A DNA stretch of 64,000 nucleotides, from contig CAWJGT010000003.1 of assembly GCA_963842525.1 (NCBI GenBank), forward strand, positions 288,001 to 352,000, written 5' to 3'. Below are positions 22,408-34,546 of this stretch, one piece after another. The number at the start of each line of letters is the position of its first letter. Position 1 is the stretch's first letter. This DNA comes from an uncultured Holophagales bacterium. GTDB taxonomy: Bacteria > Acidobacteriota > Thermoanaerobaculia > Multivoradales > UBA5704. The notes beneath the pieces were generated by a model. It was not told the origin of the DNA. It saw only the letters and a program-made list of their open reading frames with translations, and made no database searches. The translations under genes and the position numbers were made by a program.

Positions 22408-23067
22408 ATGGCTAAGAACAAGGCGGACACGAAGGGCGAAAAGGGTGGCGGCAAGGCCGCGAAGGCGGGGGCCCGGCCCTCGTCCCAGGCGGCAGACGTC
22501 GAGGCACGCCCGACGCCCGAGGGGTATGTGCCGCGTCTGAGGCAGCGCTACCTCGAGGAGGTCGTGCCACGGCTCCAGAAGGAGTTCGGCATCGGCAACG
22601 TCATGGCGGTGCCGCGGATCGAGAAGATCTCGCTCAACATGGGCGTGGGCGAGGCGATCCAGAACATCAAGATCCTCGACGACGCGGTCGAGGAGATGGC
22701 GGCCCTCGCCGGCCAGCGGCCGGCGATCACGCGGGCGCAGAAGTCGATCGCCGCGTTCAAGGTGCGCCAGGGCATGCCCATCGGCTGCCGGGTGACCTTG
22801 AGAGGGAAGCGCATGTGGGAGTTCCTGGACCGGCTGATCACGATCGCGCTGCCGCGCGTGCGCGACTTCCGCGGCGTCTCGGCCAAGAGCTTCGACGGCC
22901 GCGGCAACTACACCGTCGGTATCCGGGACCATCTGATCTTCACCGAGGTCGACTACAACAAGGTCGAGAAGCCCAAGGGGATGAACATCACGATCGTGAC
23001 GACCGCGGGCAACGACGAGCGCTGCCAGTACCTGCTGCGCGAGCTCGGCATGCCGTTCCAGCGCTAG
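22408..23067 (+). CDS. rplE: 50S ribosomal protein L5 with N-terminal extension
   Basis: [14 protein letters not shown]...LPRVRDFRG...FDGRGNY. Confidence 0.97.
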   Translation: MAKNKADTKGEKGGGKAAKAGARPSSQAADVEARPTPEGYVPRLRQRYLEEVVPRLQKEFGIGNVMAVPRIEKISLNMGVGEAIQNIKILDDAVEEMAALAGQRPAITRAQKSIAAFKVRQGMPIGCRVTLRGKRMWEFLDRLITIALPRVRDFRGVSAKSFDGRGNYTVGIRDHLIFTEVDYNKVEKPKGMNITIVTTAGNDERCQYLLRELGMPFQR

Positions 23068-23076
23068 GAGACGCCA

Positions 23077-23262
23077 GTGGCTACGACTGCAAAGATCGCC
23101 AAAGAGAAGAAGAAGCTGAAGTTCGAGATCCGCCACCGCAACCGGTGCCGGGTCTGCGGTCGGCCGCGCGGCTATTACCGCAAGTTCGGCCTGTGCCGGA
23201 TCCACATGCGGGATCTCGCGCTCCAGGGCTATCTGCCCGGCGTGATCAAGGCGAGCTGGTAG
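23077..23262 (+). CDS. rpsN: 30S ribosomal protein S14, short zinc-binding (type Z)
   Basis: 61 aa; [21 protein letters not shown]. Confidence 0.97.
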   Translation: MATTAKIAKEKKKLKFEIRHRNRCRVCGRPRGYYRKFGLCRIHMRDLALQGYLPGVIKASW

Positions 23263-23280
23263 AGAGACGAGGAGACGACG

Positions 23281-23679
23281 ATGAGCATGACCGATCCCAT
23301 CGCGGACCTGCTGAGCCGGATCCGCAACGCCCATACGGCCAAGCACGACCGGCTGGACATACCCGTCTCCAAGCAGAAGCTGGAAGTCTGCCGGATCCTC
23401 AAGGAAGAGGGTTTCATCCGCAACTACCGGGTGGTCGAGGCGACTCCCGTGGGCACCCTGCGCGTCTTCCTGCGCTACAGCGCCGAAGGCGAGCCGGCGA
23501 TCAACCACGTGGAGCGCATCAGCAAGCCGGGCCGGCGGGTCTACCGCGGCGCCGGCGAGATCAAGCCGGTGCGCAACGGCCTCGGCGTGGGGATCGTCTC
23601 GACGTCGCAGGGCCTGCTCACCGACGCCCAGGCGCGCGAGCGCAAGGTCGGCGGCGAGATGATCTGCGAGCTCTGGTAG
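23281..23679 (+). CDS. rpsH: 30S ribosomal protein S8
   Basis: MTDPIADLLSRIRN...SKPGRRVY...STSQG. Confidence 0.99.
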   Translation: MSMTDPIADLLSRIRNAHTAKHDRLDIPVSKQKLEVCRILKEEGFIRNYRVVEATPVGTLRVFLRYSAEGEPAINHVERISKPGRRVYRGAGEIKPVRNGLGVGIVSTSQGLLTDAQARERKVGGEMICELW

Positions 23680-23717
23680 AGCGGACGTTGGTAGGACGCT
23701 GGTAGGAGATAACCGAG

Positions 23718-24269
23718 ATGTCGCGCATAGGAAGAATGCCGATCCAGGTTCCGAGCGGGACCTCCATAGAGCTCAAGGACGGGGTGTTCACCGCCCAGGG
23801 CCCCAAGGGCCAGGTGGCGCAGCCGGTGTTCGACGGCTACCCCGTGAACGTGGAAGGGAACGTCGTGACGATCACGCGGCCGGGCGACACCGGGCCGGAG
23901 CGCGCCCGGCACGGCCTGCTGCGGGCGCTGCTCGCCAACGCCGTGCAAGGGGTGTCGGCCGGCTTCACCCGGCAGCTCGACATCGTCGGCGTCGGCTATC
24001 GCGCCGAGGTGAAGGGCGACCGTGTGCAGTTCGCGCTCGGCTACTCGCACCCGGTGCTCTATCCCATCCCCGAGGGGATCAAGATCGAGATCGACACCAA
24101 GGCCAACCGGGTCACCGTCACCGGCGCCGACCGCCAGCAGGTCGGGCAGGTGGCGGCGGAGATCCGCGGTTTGCGCCGGCCCGATCCCTACAAGGGGAAG
24201 GGGATCCGCTACACCGGCGAGATCCTGCGCCGCAAGGCGGGCAAGGCCGGCAAGGCCGGGGGCAAGTAG
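23718..24269 (+). CDS. rplF: 50S ribosomal protein L6
   Basis: MSRIGRMP...GVGYRA...PDPYKGKGIRY. Confidence 0.99.
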   Translation: MSRIGRMPIQVPSGTSIELKDGVFTAQGPKGQVAQPVFDGYPVNVEGNVVTITRPGDTGPERARHGLLRALLANAVQGVSAGFTRQLDIVGVGYRAEVKGDRVQFALGYSHPVLYPIPEGIKIEIDTKANRVTVTGADRQQVGQVAAEIRGLRRPDPYKGKGIRYTGEILRRKAGKAGKAGGK

Positions 24270-24303
24270 ACCGGTAAGGCCGGTGGCAAGTAAGGGGTAA
24301 GCC

Positions 24304-24690
24304 ATGACCGAGCATGTGACGAAGAGAATGAAGAAGAAGCGGGAGCGCCGCGAGCGCGCCCACCAGAGGCTCCGCCAGCGGGTGCGCGGCACCGCCGAGC
24401 AGCCGCGCCTGTCGGTGTACAAGAGCCTGAAGTTCATCTATGTGCAGGTGATCGACGACGACCAGGGGCAAACCCTCGCGCAGGCGAGCTCGGCCGACGC
24501 GGACGTCCGGCAGCAGCTCTCCGGGTCGGGGAGCAACCAGCAGGCGGCGAAGCTCGTGGGCGAGACGATTGCCGCCCGGGCCAAGGAGAAGGGCATCGCG
24601 AAGGTGGTCTTCGACCGGGGCGGCTACGTCTATCACGGCAACGTCAAGGCGCTGGCCGACAGCGCCCGCGAGAAGGGTCTGCAGTTCTGA
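24304..24690 (+). CDS. rplR: 50S ribosomal protein L18
   Basis: PRLSVYKS...[12 protein letters not shown]. Confidence 0.98.
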   Translation: MTEHVTKRMKKKRERRERAHQRLRQRVRGTAEQPRLSVYKSLKFIYVQVIDDDQGQTLAQASSADADVRQQLSGSGSNQQAAKLVGETIAARAKEKGIAKVVFDRGGYVYHGNVKALADSAREKGLQF

Positions 24691-24711
24691 GCCCGAAGGA
24701 AGGAGACGAGC

Positions 24712-25317
24712 TTGGCCAGGGAATTCGAGCGCGAGCGCGATAGTGAGTTTTTCGAGCAGGTCGTCCATATCAACCGCGTGACCAAGGTGGTCAAGGGTGG
24801 CAAGAACTTCTCGTTCTCCGCCCTGGTGGTGATCGGCGACGGCAACGGCCGTGTGGGCTATGGCGCCGGCAAGGCGAAAGAGGTGCCCTCGGCCATCCGC
24901 AAGGGGATCGAGATCGCCAAGCGGAACATGATCCAGGTGCCGGTCAAGGGGACCTCCATCCCCCACGAGGCGCTGGGCATTTTCGGCGCCGGCCGGGTGT
25001 TGTTGAAACCGGCCTCCCCGGGCACGGGCGTGATCGCCGGCGGTCCCGTGCGGGCCGTGGTCGAAGGGGCCGGCATCCAGGACATCCTGACCAAGTCGCT
25101 GGGCTCGACCAATCCCCACAACGTGGTGAAGGCGACCTTCGACGCGCTGCTGAGCCTGCGGAGCGAGGAGGACGTCATGCGCCTCCGCGGTATCACCGGC
25201 CGGGCCGATCGTGCCGACCGGGTGGAGAAGAAGCCGGGTCAGCCCGCCGGCCAGCCGGCGGCTGCGCCGGCTCCGGCCGTCGAGGAGGCCCCCGCCGAGC
25301 CTGCCGCGTCCCGCTGA
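24712..25317 (+). CDS. rpsE: 30S ribosomal protein S5 with Ala/Pro-rich C-terminal tail
   Basis: [11 protein letters not shown]...[12 protein letters not shown]; TTG start. Confidence 0.98.
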   Translation: MAREFERERDSEFFEQVVHINRVTKVVKGGKNFSFSALVVIGDGNGRVGYGAGKAKEVPSAIRKGIEIAKRNMIQVPVKGTSIPHEALGIFGAGRVLLKPASPGTGVIAGGPVRAVVEGAGIQDILTKSLGSTNPHNVVKATFDALLSLRSEEDVMRLRGITGRADRADRVEKKPGQPAGQPAAAPAPAVEEAPAEPAASR

Positions 25318-25387
25318 GCCCGCTGAGCCCGCTGAGAATACCGAGGCCGCCGAGGCTACGGCCTGATGAGCCCGGAGGACACGAGAG

Positions 25388-25591
25388 ATGGCTGACAACG
25401 AAGGGAAGAAGATCACGATCCGCCAGGTGCGCAGCTCCATCGGCACGCGCCGCGAGCACCGCGAGGTGCTTAAGGGGCTCGGCCTGCGGCGGATCCGTCA
25501 CGAGGTGGTGCGGGATGACACGCCCGCCGTCCGCGGCATGGTGAACAAGATCCGGTATCTGGTCGAGCTGGTCGAGACAGCCGAGGGGTGA
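25388..25591 (+). CDS. rpmD: 50S ribosomal protein L30
   Basis: [11 protein letters not shown]...LGLRRIRH...RGMV. Confidence 0.97.
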   Translation: MADNEGKKITIRQVRSSIGTRREHREVLKGLGLRRIRHEVVRDDTPAVRGMVNKIRYLVELVETAEG

Positions 25592-25593
25592 TC

Positions 25594-26040
25594 ATGAAGC
25601 TACACGAGCTGTCCCCCGCCAGGGGAAGCAAGCATTCGAGAAAACGGGTAGGCCGCGGGCCCGGCTCCGGGCTCGGCAAAACCGCCGGGCGCGGCGAGAA
25701 GGGGCAGAAGTCCCGCAAGGGCTACAGCCAGCGCCTCGGCTTCGAGGGGGGCCAGATGCCTCTCGTCCGCCGTGTGCCCAAGCGCGGGTTCACCAACATC
25801 TGGAGGACGGAGTACGCCGTCATCAACGTCGGCGCCCTGGCCGAGCTCGACGGGCTCGACGGGGAGATCAGCCCCGAGGTGCTCGTCCAGCATGGTCTCG
25901 TGCGCTCCGGGATGCCGGTCAAGGTCCTGGGCGAGGGCGAGATCGGCAAGCCGCTGCGGGTGACGGCCCAGAAGTTCAGCAAGTCGGCCCGCGCCAAGAT
26001 CGAGGCGGCGGGCGGAACATGCGAGGAGCAGCAGGCGTGA
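25594..26040 (+). CDS. rplO: 50S ribosomal protein L15
   Basis: [21 protein letters not shown]...FEGGQMPL. Confidence 0.98.
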   Translation: MKLHELSPARGSKHSRKRVGRGPGSGLGKTAGRGEKGQKSRKGYSQRLGFEGGQMPLVRRVPKRGFTNIWRTEYAVINVGALAELDGLDGEISPEVLVQHGLVRSGMPVKVLGEGEIGKPLRVTAQKFSKSARAKIEAAGGTCEEQQA

Positions 26041-27422
26041 TCGACAGCTTCCGGAACATCTTCGCCATCCCCGACCTGCGCAAGCGGGTGCTCTTCACCT
26101 TCGGGTTGCTGGCCGTCTACCGGATCGGGTGCTACATCCCGACCCCGGGCATCGACCCGCAGGCGCTGGTCGAGTTCATGCAGGCGGCCAAGCAAGGCTT
26201 CCTGGGGTTCGTCAACACCTTCACGGGCGGGAGCCTGGAGAAGATCGCGGTGTTCGCGCTGGGCATCATGCCCTACATCACCGCCTCGATCATCCTGCAG
26301 CTCCTGACCGTGGTGTGGCCCTACCTCGAGAAGCTGTCCAAGGAAGGGGAGCTGGGGCGGCGCAAGATCACCCAGTACACGCGCTACGGCACGGTGCTCA
26401 TCTCGATCATCCAGGGCACGGGCATCGCCTTGTTCCTGGAGAGCGTGACGACGCCGGGCGGCGCGGCGCTGGTGCCGAACCCGGGCTTCGGCTTCCGCAT
26501 CATGACCGTGATCACGCTGACCACCGGCACGGCCTTCGTCATGTGGCTGGGCGAGCAGATCAGCGAGCGCGGCATCGGCAACGGCATCTCGCTGATCATC
26601 TTCGCCGGCATCGTCGTGGGCCTCATCCCGGCGATCCTGCAGACGGTCGACAGCATCCAGAGCGGCAACCAGAGCCTGCTGCGGATCCTCGTGCTGCTGG
26701 CCTTCATGGTGGTCGTCGTGGCCTTCATCGTCTACATGGAGCGGGCGCAGCGGCGGATTCCGGTGCAGTACGCCAAGCGGGTGGTCGGCCGCCGGGTCTA
26801 CGGCGGGCAGAGCACCTATCTGCCGCTGCGGGTCAACTCGGGCGGCGTCATCCCGGTGATCTTCGCCAGCTCGGTGGTGACCGTGCCGACGGTGATCGCC
26901 GGCATGTTCCAGGAGACCGAGTGGGTGCAGCGGCTCGCGGGCTTCATCGGCTACGGGCAGCCGATCTACTACCTGCTGCAGGTCATCACCATCATCTTCT
27001 TCTCGTACTTCTACATCTCGATCATCTTCAACCCGGCGGACCTCGCCGAGAACATGCGGAAGTACGGCGGGTTCATCCCGGGCATCCGGCCGGGCAAGCG
27101 GACGGCCGAGTACATCGACCGCATCCTGACCCGGTTGACGCTGGTCGGCTCGCTCTACCTGGCGGCGGTGACCGTGCTGCCGGAGTTCCTGCTGACCGGT
27201 TTCCACGTGCAGGGGCTGCCGTGGCTCGGACCACGGATCGCGGGATACTTCCCGGAATGGTTCACCACCGGCCTGGGGATCAACTTCTATTTCGGCGGCA
27301 CCTCGCTCCTCATCGTGGTCGGCGTCGCGATGGACACACTCCAGCAGGTGGAGAGCCAGCTCGTGATGCGCAACTACGAGGGGTTCATGAAGAAGGGTCG
27401 CATCCGTGGGCGCCGGAGCTGA
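26037..27422 (+). CDS. secY: preprotein translocase subunit SecY
   Basis: [42 protein letters not shown]; GTGA overlap with rplO. Confidence 0.99.
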   Translation: MIDSFRNIFAIPDLRKRVLFTFGLLAVYRIGCYIPTPGIDPQALVEFMQAAKQGFLGFVNTFTGGSLEKIAVFALGIMPYITASIILQLLTVVWPYLEKLSKEGELGRRKITQYTRYGTVLISIIQGTGIALFLESVTTPGGAALVPNPGFGFRIMTVITLTTGTAFVMWLGEQISERGIGNGISLIIFAGIVVGLIPAILQTVDSIQSGNQSLLRILVLLAFMVVVVAFIVYMERAQRRIPVQYAKRVVGRRVYGGQSTYLPLRVNSGGVIPVIFASSVVTVPTVIAGMFQETEWVQRLAGFIGYGQPIYYLLQVITIIFFSYFYISIIFNPADLAENMRKYGGFIPGIRPGKRTAEYIDRILTRLTLVGSLYLAAVTVLPEFLLTGFHVQGLPWLGPRIAGYFPEWFTTGLGINFYFGGTSLLIVVGVAMDTLQQVESQLVMRNYEGFMKKGRIRGRRS

Positions 27423-28002
27423 TCACGAGAATGGCACCGGTCCGCGGGTGGTCCTCCTGGGCCCGCCCGGCGCGGGCAAGGGGACGCAGGCGCACCTGTT
27501 GTGCCTGCGTCTCGCTGTCCCTGCCATCTCGACCGGCGACATGCTGCGCCAGGCGGTGGCGGACGGCAGCGAGCTCGGCCGGCGTGTCCAGGGCGTCATG
27601 GCCTCCGGCGAGCTGGTGGACGACAGCCTGATGGCCGAGGTGGTGCGCGAGCGGCTGGAGCGGCCGGACGCCCGGGGAGGATACCTGCTGGACGGCTATC
27701 CGCGGACCCTGTCGCAGGCGGAGACGCTCGCGGGGATCCTGCGGGAGTCCGGCCGGGACCTGAATGCTGTGCTGCTGGTCGAGGTGCCCGAGGACGAGCT
27801 GGTGCGGCGGATCCTGCTGCGCCGGCGGGGTGAGGACGACACCGAAGACGTGGTCCGGGAGCGCCTGCGCGTCTACCGGGAAAAAACGGAGCCGCTGATC
27901 GGTTATTATAGGGAGCGCGGTCTGCTGCGCGAGATCGACGGCGACCGGCCGGTCGAGGAGGTCGCCTCCCGGATGTCCGACGAGCTCGGGGTGAGCGGCT
28001 GA
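27406..28002 (+). CDS. adk: adenylate kinase (short-LID type)
   Basis: GPPGAGKGTQ, STGDMLR, LDGYPR; start codon uncertain. Confidence 0.95.
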   Translation: MGAGADHENGTGPRVVLLGPPGAGKGTQAHLLCLRLAVPAISTGDMLRQAVADGSELGRRVQGVMASGELVDDSLMAEVVRERLERPDARGGYLLDGYPRTLSQAETLAGILRESGRDLNAVLLVEVPEDELVRRILLRRRGEDDTEDVVRERLRVYREKTEPLIGYYRERGLLREIDGDRPVEEVASRMSDELGVSG

Positions 28003-28751
28003 TGGTGCTCAAAACCCCGGGCGAAATCCAGTTGATGGACGAGGCCAACCGGATCGTCCGCCAGGTGCTGGACGAGGTGGGCCAGGCCATCGTTCCCGGG
28101 GTGACCCCGCGGGAGCTGGACCGCGTTGCGGAAAAAGTCATCCGTGGCGCCGGCGGCGTCCCGGCGTTCCTGAACTACCGGGGCTATCCGGCGACGCTGT
28201 GCATCTCGGTCAACGACGTCATCGTCCACGGCATCCCCAACAACGTCGCGCTGCAGGCGGGGGACATCGTGGGGATCGACTGCGGTGTCATGTACAAGGG
28301 GTACTACGGCGACGCGGCGCGGACCTTTGCGGTGGGGGAGATCTCGACGGAGGCCCAGCGGCTCCTGGCGGTGACCGAGGAGGCGTTGCGGCGGGCGGTC
28401 GCGCAGGTGCGCCCCGGCGGGCGTCTCGGGGACATCGGGTACGCCGTACAGCGTTACGCCGAGAGCCAGGGGTTCTCGGTCGTGCGCGAGTTTTCGGGAC
28501 ACGGGATCGGCACCGCGCTGCATGAGGACCCACAGATCCCGAACTACGGAGCGCCGGGCAAGGGCCCGAAGCTCAAGCCCGGGATGGTCCTGGCGATCGA
28601 GCCGATGGTCAACGCAGGAGGCTGCGGCGTCCGCATGGACGCCGACGGCTGGACGGCGCGGACCGAGGACGGCTCACTCTCGGCCCACTTCGAGTACTCC
28701 GTGGCAGTGACCCCGCAGGGGTCCCGGGTGCTCGGGTGGGACCGGATCTGA
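28002..28751 (+). CDS. map: methionine aminopeptidase type I
   Basis: CISVNDVIVHGIP, GHGIG, AIEPM, SAHFE. Confidence 0.98.
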   Translation: MVLKTPGEIQLMDEANRIVRQVLDEVGQAIVPGVTPRELDRVAEKVIRGAGGVPAFLNYRGYPATLCISVNDVIVHGIPNNVALQAGDIVGIDCGVMYKGYYGDAARTFAVGEISTEAQRLLAVTEEALRRAVAQVRPGGRLGDIGYAVQRYAESQGFSVVREFSGHGIGTALHEDPQIPNYGAPGKGPKLKPGMVLAIEPMVNAGGCGVRMDADGWTARTEDGSLSAHFEYSVAVTPQGSRVLGWDRI

Positions 28752-28776
28752 TTTCTGATTGAGAGAGGAAGGACGA

Positions 28777-28998
28777 TTGTCCAAGAAAGAAGAGGCGATC
28801 GAGGTCGAGGCGACGGTGATCGAGCCGCTGCCGAACGCGATGTTCCGGGTGCAGCTCGACAACAAACACCAGGTTCTGGCGCACATTTCCGGGAAGATGC
28901 GCAAGCACTTCATCCGGATCCTGCCCGGGGACCGCGTCCTCGTCGAGCTGTCGCCGTACGACCTCAACCGGGGACGCATCGTCTACCGTTTGAAGTAG
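28777..28998 (+). CDS. infA: translation initiation factor IF-1
   Basis: TTG start; LPNAMFRV...ISGKMR...ELSPYDL. Confidence 0.98.
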   Translation: MSKKEEAIEVEATVIEPLPNAMFRVQLDNKHQVLAHISGKMRKHFIRILPGDRVLVELSPYDLNRGRIVYRLK

Positions 28999-29019
28999 CG
29001 GCTGGAAAGGGAATCGGTC

Positions 29020-29133
29020 ATGAAAGTACGTTCATCCGTCAAGCGGATCTGCCCCAAGTGCAAAGTCGTGCGGCGCAAGGGCGTCGTGCGGGTGATCTGC
29101 GAGAACCCGAAACATAAACAGCGTCAGGGATAG
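29020..29133 (+). CDS. rpmJ: 50S ribosomal protein L36
   Basis: Manual translation [37 protein letters not shown]; below the ORF-track size cutoff. Confidence 0.98.
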   Translation: MKVRSSVKRICPKCKVVRRKGVVRVICENPKHKQRQG

Positions 29134-29141
29134 GAAGAGCT

Positions 29142-29525
29142 ATGGCACGTATCGCAGGGGTCGACCTGCCCCAGAACAAGCAGGTATGGATCGGGCTCAC
29201 GTACATCTACGGCATCGGCCGGTCGCGCTCGCGCGACATCCTGGCCAAGTCGCAGGTGCCCGACACGACGAAGGTGAAGGATCTGACCGAGGACGAGGCG
29301 CGCCGCATCCGTAAGGTCATCACGGATGAGGGCCGGGTCGAGGGCGACCTGCGCAAGGAGGTCAGCCAGAACATCAAGCGCCTGATGGAGATCGGCTGCT
29401 ACCGCGGTGTCCGTCACCGCCGGGGCCTGCCGGCGCGCGGCCAGCGGACGCAGACCAACGCACGCACACGCAAGGGGCCGCGGCGCGGCGCCGTGGCGGG
29501 CAGGAAAAAGGCGACCAAGAAGTAA
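29142..29525 (+). CDS. rpsM: 30S ribosomal protein S13
   Basis: [10 protein letters not shown]...[14 protein letters not shown]. Confidence 0.99.
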   Translation: MARIAGVDLPQNKQVWIGLTYIYGIGRSRSRDILAKSQVPDTTKVKDLTEDEARRIRKVITDEGRVEGDLRKEVSQNIKRLMEIGCYRGVRHRRGLPARGQRTQTNARTRKGPRRGAVAGRKKATKK

Positions 29526-29549
29526 GGTCGTAGCGAGGAGAGCTAGGAG

Positions 29550-29951
29550 ATGGCCAAAACGGATAAGAAGGACCGGAAGAGCACCAAGAAGCGGGAGAAG
29601 CGCAACGTCCCGCACGGCGTGGCGCACATCCAGTCGACCTTCAACAACACGATCATCTCGATCTCGGACCCGGAGGGCAACCTGCTGTCCTGGTCGTCCG
29701 CGGGTCGGATCGGTTTCAAGGGCTCGCGCAAGGGCACTCCGTTCGCGGCCCAGGTGGCGGCGCAGAACGCCGGCAGCCACGTGAAGGACGTGGGCATGCG
29801 CTCGGTGGACGTCCTGGTCAAGGGACCGGGCGCCGGGCGCGAGTCGGCCGTCCGCGCGTTGCAGGCTTCGGGGCTGGAGGTGAAGTCCATCAAGGACGTC
29901 ACGCCCATCCCCCACAACGGCTGCCGTCCGCGCAAGCGCCGCCGCGTGTAA
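29550..29951 (+). CDS. rpsK: 30S ribosomal protein S11
   Basis: STFNNT...[12 protein letters not shown]. Confidence 0.99.
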   Translation: MAKTDKKDRKSTKKREKRNVPHGVAHIQSTFNNTIISISDPEGNLLSWSSAGRIGFKGSRKGTPFAAQVAAQNAGSHVKDVGMRSVDVLVKGPGAGRESAVRALQASGLEVKSIKDVTPIPHNGCRPRKRRRV

Positions 29952-30069
29952 GAGAGAGCAGGGCAGGGATCGCCGAGCCGCTTCGGGTGTGCCGGAGCGG
30001 CTTGTCTGGCGTCTTCCCAAGCTGAAGTCCCCGTAGCCTCGGGGAGAGGACGTCGAGGAGAGAACACAA

Positions 30070-30699
<630 letters not shown>

Positions 30700-30716
30700 T
30701 CGGGAAGGAGTCACGA

Positions 30717-31697
30717 ATGCTTTGGAAAGGTTTTCAGCGCCCCAAGCGCATCGAAGTCGATCACGAGACACTGACGCAGACGTTCGGCCGCTTTACCGCG
30801 CAGCCGTTCGAGCGTGGCTTCGCCACCACGATCGGCAACGCCCTGCGCCGGTGCCTGCTTTCCTCGATCGAGGGTGCCGCGATCACCGCGGTCCACATCG
30901 AGGGTGTGCTGCACGAGTTCTCGTCTCTGCCCGGCGTGGTGGAAGACGTGACGGACACGATCCTCAACCTGAAGCAGGTCGCGATCCACCTGCACAGCGA
31001 GGAGCCCAAGGTGCTCTCGATCGATGTCGAGGGGCCGGGCAAGGTGATCGCCGGACAGATGACCGAGGATCCGCAGATCGAGATCTTCGATCCGAACGTC
31101 CACATCGCCACCCTGAACGAAGAGGCCCGTCTGAAAATGCAGGTCCAGGTCAAGCGTGGCCGCGGCTACGTCTCGGCCGACCGCAACTTCGACGAGTCGA
31201 TGGGCATCGGCTGGATCCCGGTCGACTCGGCGCACAGCCCGGTCCGGCGGGTCAACTACCGGGTCGAGGCGGCGCGCCTCGGCCAGACCACCGACTACGA
31301 GCGTCTCGTCCTCGAGGTCTGGACCAACGGCACGGTCAGCCCGGAGGAGGCGGTGTCGCTCGCGTCCATGCTGCTCAAGGACCACCTCGGCATCTTCATC
31401 CAGTCCGAGGAGAGCCTGCGGCACGACGGCGCCGAGCGGAGCCGTGAGGAGCTGGCGGGCCTCGACGCCCTGCTCGCCAAGAATATCGACGAGCTCGACC
31501 TGTCGGTCCGCTCGGCGAACTCGTTGAAAAACGCCAACATCCACACGCTGCGCGACCTGGTGCGCCGGACCGAGAAGGACATGCTGGAGACCAAGAACTT
31601 CGGCAAGAAGTCCCTCGAGGAGGTGCAGGAGGTCCTGGACAAGCTGGGCCTTGCGCTCGGCATGGACGTGGTGGACCGGCCTGCGGCTTCGGCCTGA
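30717..31697 (+). CDS. rpoA: RNA polymerase subunit alpha
   Basis: PFERGFATTIGNALRR, HEFSSLPGV, LSVRSANSL. Confidence 0.99.
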   Translation: MLWKGFQRPKRIEVDHETLTQTFGRFTAQPFERGFATTIGNALRRCLLSSIEGAAITAVHIEGVLHEFSSLPGVVEDVTDTILNLKQVAIHLHSEEPKVLSIDVEGPGKVIAGQMTEDPQIEIFDPNVHIATLNEEARLKMQVQVKRGRGYVSADRNFDESMGIGWIPVDSAHSPVRRVNYRVEAARLGQTTDYERLVLEVWTNGTVSPEEAVSLASMLLKDHLGIFIQSEESLRHDGAERSREELAGLDALLAKNIDELDLSVRSANSLKNANIHTLRDLVRRTEKDMLETKNFGKKSLEEVQEVLDKLGLALGMDVVDRPAASA

Positions 31698-31709
31698 GGA
31701 GAGCAGATC

Positions 31710-32261
31710 ATGCGTCACGCTGTCAGAGGCAGGAAGCTGGGGCGGACCTCGTCCCATCGCGAAGCCCTGTTCCGCAACCAGCTCCAGTCGCTCGTGATCA
31801 GCGAGCGGATCATCACCACGCTGCCCAAGGCCAAGGAGCTGCGTCCGATCGCCGAAAGGGTGATCACCCGCGGCAAGCACGGCACCGTGCACGACCGCCG
31901 CTGGGTGCTGCGCTGGGTGCTCAAGCGCGACCTCGTCAAAAAGGTCTTCGATGAGATCGCGCCGCGCTTCACCGAGCGTCCGGGCGGCTACCTGAGGATC
32001 GTCAAGCTCGGACCGCGCCAGGGCGACGGTGCCGAGATGGCGGTTCTCGAGTTCGTGGAGCGGGGGGACGGGGCTCCGGCGGAGGCTCCGAAGGAGAAGG
32101 CGAAGAAGGCCGCTCCCAAGGCCAAGAAGGACACCGAGAAGAAGGCCGAAAAGCCCAAGAAGGCGGCACCCAAGCCCCGGAAGGAAGGGGGGCGCGCCAA
32201 GGAGGCGGCCCCTCGCTCCACGGGGCGGCGCGTCACCCGCCCCACGAAGACGGGCGAGTAG
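31710..32261 (+). CDS. rplQ: 50S ribosomal protein L17 with Lys-rich tail
   Basis: [12 protein letters not shown]...TTLPKAKE...RPGGYLRI. Confidence 0.99.
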   Translation: MRHAVRGRKLGRTSSHREALFRNQLQSLVISERIITTLPKAKELRPIAERVITRGKHGTVHDRRWVLRWVLKRDLVKKVFDEIAPRFTERPGGYLRIVKLGPRQGDGAEMAVLEFVERGDGAPAEAPKEKAKKAAPKAKKDTEKKAEKPKKAAPKPRKEGGRAKEAAPRSTGRRVTRPTKTGE

Positions 32262-32285
32262 GAAGCTCCCCGACGCGGATTTCGG

Positions 32286-32312
32286 AACGGCCGGCGGTCA
32301 CGCCGGCCGTTC
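32286..32312. terminator. hairpin between convergent rplQ and OPT genes, possible terminator
   Basis: GAACGGCCGGCG-loop-CGCCGGCCGTTC; no clear U-tract. Confidence 0.45.
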
Positions 32313-34266
32313 GTCTTTCTGGACGGCTGCGCTTTGGCCGGCCCGGTCGAGGAGGACCGCGATCCCGAGCACCAGCGCGATCCCGAGCGCTGCGCCGGCC
32401 GGCCCGGAGATCCAGGCGAAATCGCTCTCCGCGAAGTGCCAGGACGTGAGCCAGCGGCTCCAGCCCGCCTCCGCCCACCGCGTCCTTGCCGCCACCAGGA
32501 AGGCGATCGCCACACCGGCCAGCCCCTCGCCCGCGATCATTCCTGAAGCGGCGAGCACGCCGGGATCGCTCTCCCCGGCGCCCTGGGGCCGCCGGGCCTC
32601 GACCACCCGCCGGACCAGGCCTCCCAGGAAGATCGGAGTGAGGCTTCCGAGCGGCAGATAGATGCCGACCGCGAAGGCCAGCCCGGGAAGCCCGGCCAGC
32701 ATCGCCGAGAGCGCGAAGGCCGAGCCCGTGCCCACGAGGCCCCAGGGGAGCGAGCCGGCGAGCACGCCGTCGATGACGGTCCGCATCAGGGTAGCCTGCG
32801 GCGCGGGCAGCTCCGGTGAGCCGAAGGTGAAGGCCTGGCCGAGGAGGAGCACCGTGCCGGCCACGGCCCAGCAGGCGAAGGCCGCGCCCAGAAACTGGCC
32901 CGCCTGTTGCCGGGCCGGCGTCGCTCCCACCAGATAGCCGGTCTTCAGGTCCTGCGAGATGTCCCCCGCTTTGGACGCGGCGATGCAGACCACCGTGCCC
33001 ACCGTGAGGATCGCCGCACGCGCCGAGGGGTCGGTCCAGCCGAACAGAACGAACACGAGGGAGACCCCGAGCAGGGTGACGAGCGTCATGCCCGACGTGG
33101 GGTTCGAGGAGACGCCGATCAACCCCACGATGCGCGAGGAGACCACGACGAACAGGATGCCGAAGAGGCCTACGCCGAGAGCCGCGGCCAGGCGCGGCAC
33201 GAAGCTCATGTTGCCGGCGAGCAACCCCGGCACGGAGACCAGGGCGAGCACCACGATCGCCGGGCCGGCGAGAACCACCCAGCCGGGCAGATCGCGATCG
33301 GTCCGCGGGACGGGGCCTGCGGTATTTGCGGCATCGGGGCCCGTACCCTCCTGGCGCAGCCCGCTCAGGACCGCGCGGAGCGAGGCGACCATGGTGGGGA
33401 GGGCCCGCGCGACCGTGACGATGCCGGCCGCGGCCACGGCCCCTGCACCGATATAGCGCACATACCGCGACCAGATCTGCCCCGCCGAGAGGGCGCGGAT
33501 CGGCGTCGTCGCCTCGGGGAAGAGCGGGCTCGTGAGTCCCTCGCCCACGAGGGCGATGAGCGGGGTCAGCACAAGGGCCGAGATGAGGCTCCCGGAGACC
33601 ATGATCGCCGACTGCCGGTAGCCGAGGATGTAGCCCACCGCGAGCAGTGCCGGAGCGATCTCGAGCGCCAGCTCGGCCTTGGGAATCCCGGCGAGAGGCG
33701 CCGCGAGCTCCGACGGAATCGAGAGCGGCGGCGCCGAGAGCGAGCTTGACGGCGGCGCCGACCGCCAGGCCGATGAAGATCCACCGCCCTCCGGTCCCCT
33801 CCGCAGTCGTCGCCCGGAGGACCTCGGCGCACGCGGTCCCTTCCGGGTACGGCAGCTCGTCGGCGCTCTTGACGATCAGCAGTCGCCGCAGAGGGATCAT
33901 GGCCGAAATGCCGAGGATGGCGCCGAGGAAAGCCAGAGCCGCCACCTGCCAGAAGGGCGGAATGATCCCCCAGAGAAAGAGGGCGGGGATGGTGAAGATG
34001 GTCCCCGCTGCGAGCGACGAGCTGGCCGATCCGATCGTCTGCGACATGTTGGCTTCGAGGATCACCCCGCCCGGCCGGCGGCTCATCAGGCGGAAGAGCG
34101 CGACCGTGAGCACGGCAATGGGAATCGACGTCGAGACCGTCAGCCCTACCCGCAGCCCCAGATAGGCGTTGGCAGCGCCGAAGATGATCCCGAACACCAC
34201 CCCGGCCACCGCGGCACGCAGTGTGAATTCGACGATCGACTCGTCTCGTGGAGGCGACAGGTCCAT
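32298..34266 (-). CDS. OPT (YSL-like) oligopeptide transporter; frameshift near 33720-33745
   Basis: NAYLGLRVGLTVSTSIP, LPYPEGTACAEV, SSNPTSGMT, GDISQDLKTG, LPAPQATLM, split over two frames. Confidence 0.88.
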
Positions 34267-34330
34267 GAGTCCTCCTCTGGGAAACAACGGCAGAGGGTAG
34301 CACGGTGCTGCCTGTCCGAGCAGGCTTACC

Positions 34331-34546
34331 TTATAGCTCGAACGGCTCGCAGCCTTCGAAGGTCTTGCGTCGGCGCAGGTTTTCCCGTGCCACATCGGGC
34401 GGGACCTGATCGATCAGGGCCTGAAGCTGCTCCAGCCAGTTGGGTCCGGTGACGGGCCGGTTCTTCCGCAAAGCTTGGATGTCCTCCGGAGTCGTGGGAA
34501 TGTCCCGTTCGAGATCCGGGAGGTCAGAGGGTTTTCTCGAGCTCAT
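34331..34546 (-). CDS. small hypothetical protein coupled to the nucleotidyltransferase
   Basis: 71-aa ORF ending FEGCEPFEL; overlaps the upstream gene by 23 nt. Confidence 0.6.
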   Translation of the reverse strand: MSSRKPSDLPDLERDIPTTPEDIQALRKNRPVTGPNWLEQLQALIDQVPPDVARENLRRRKTFEGCEPFEL

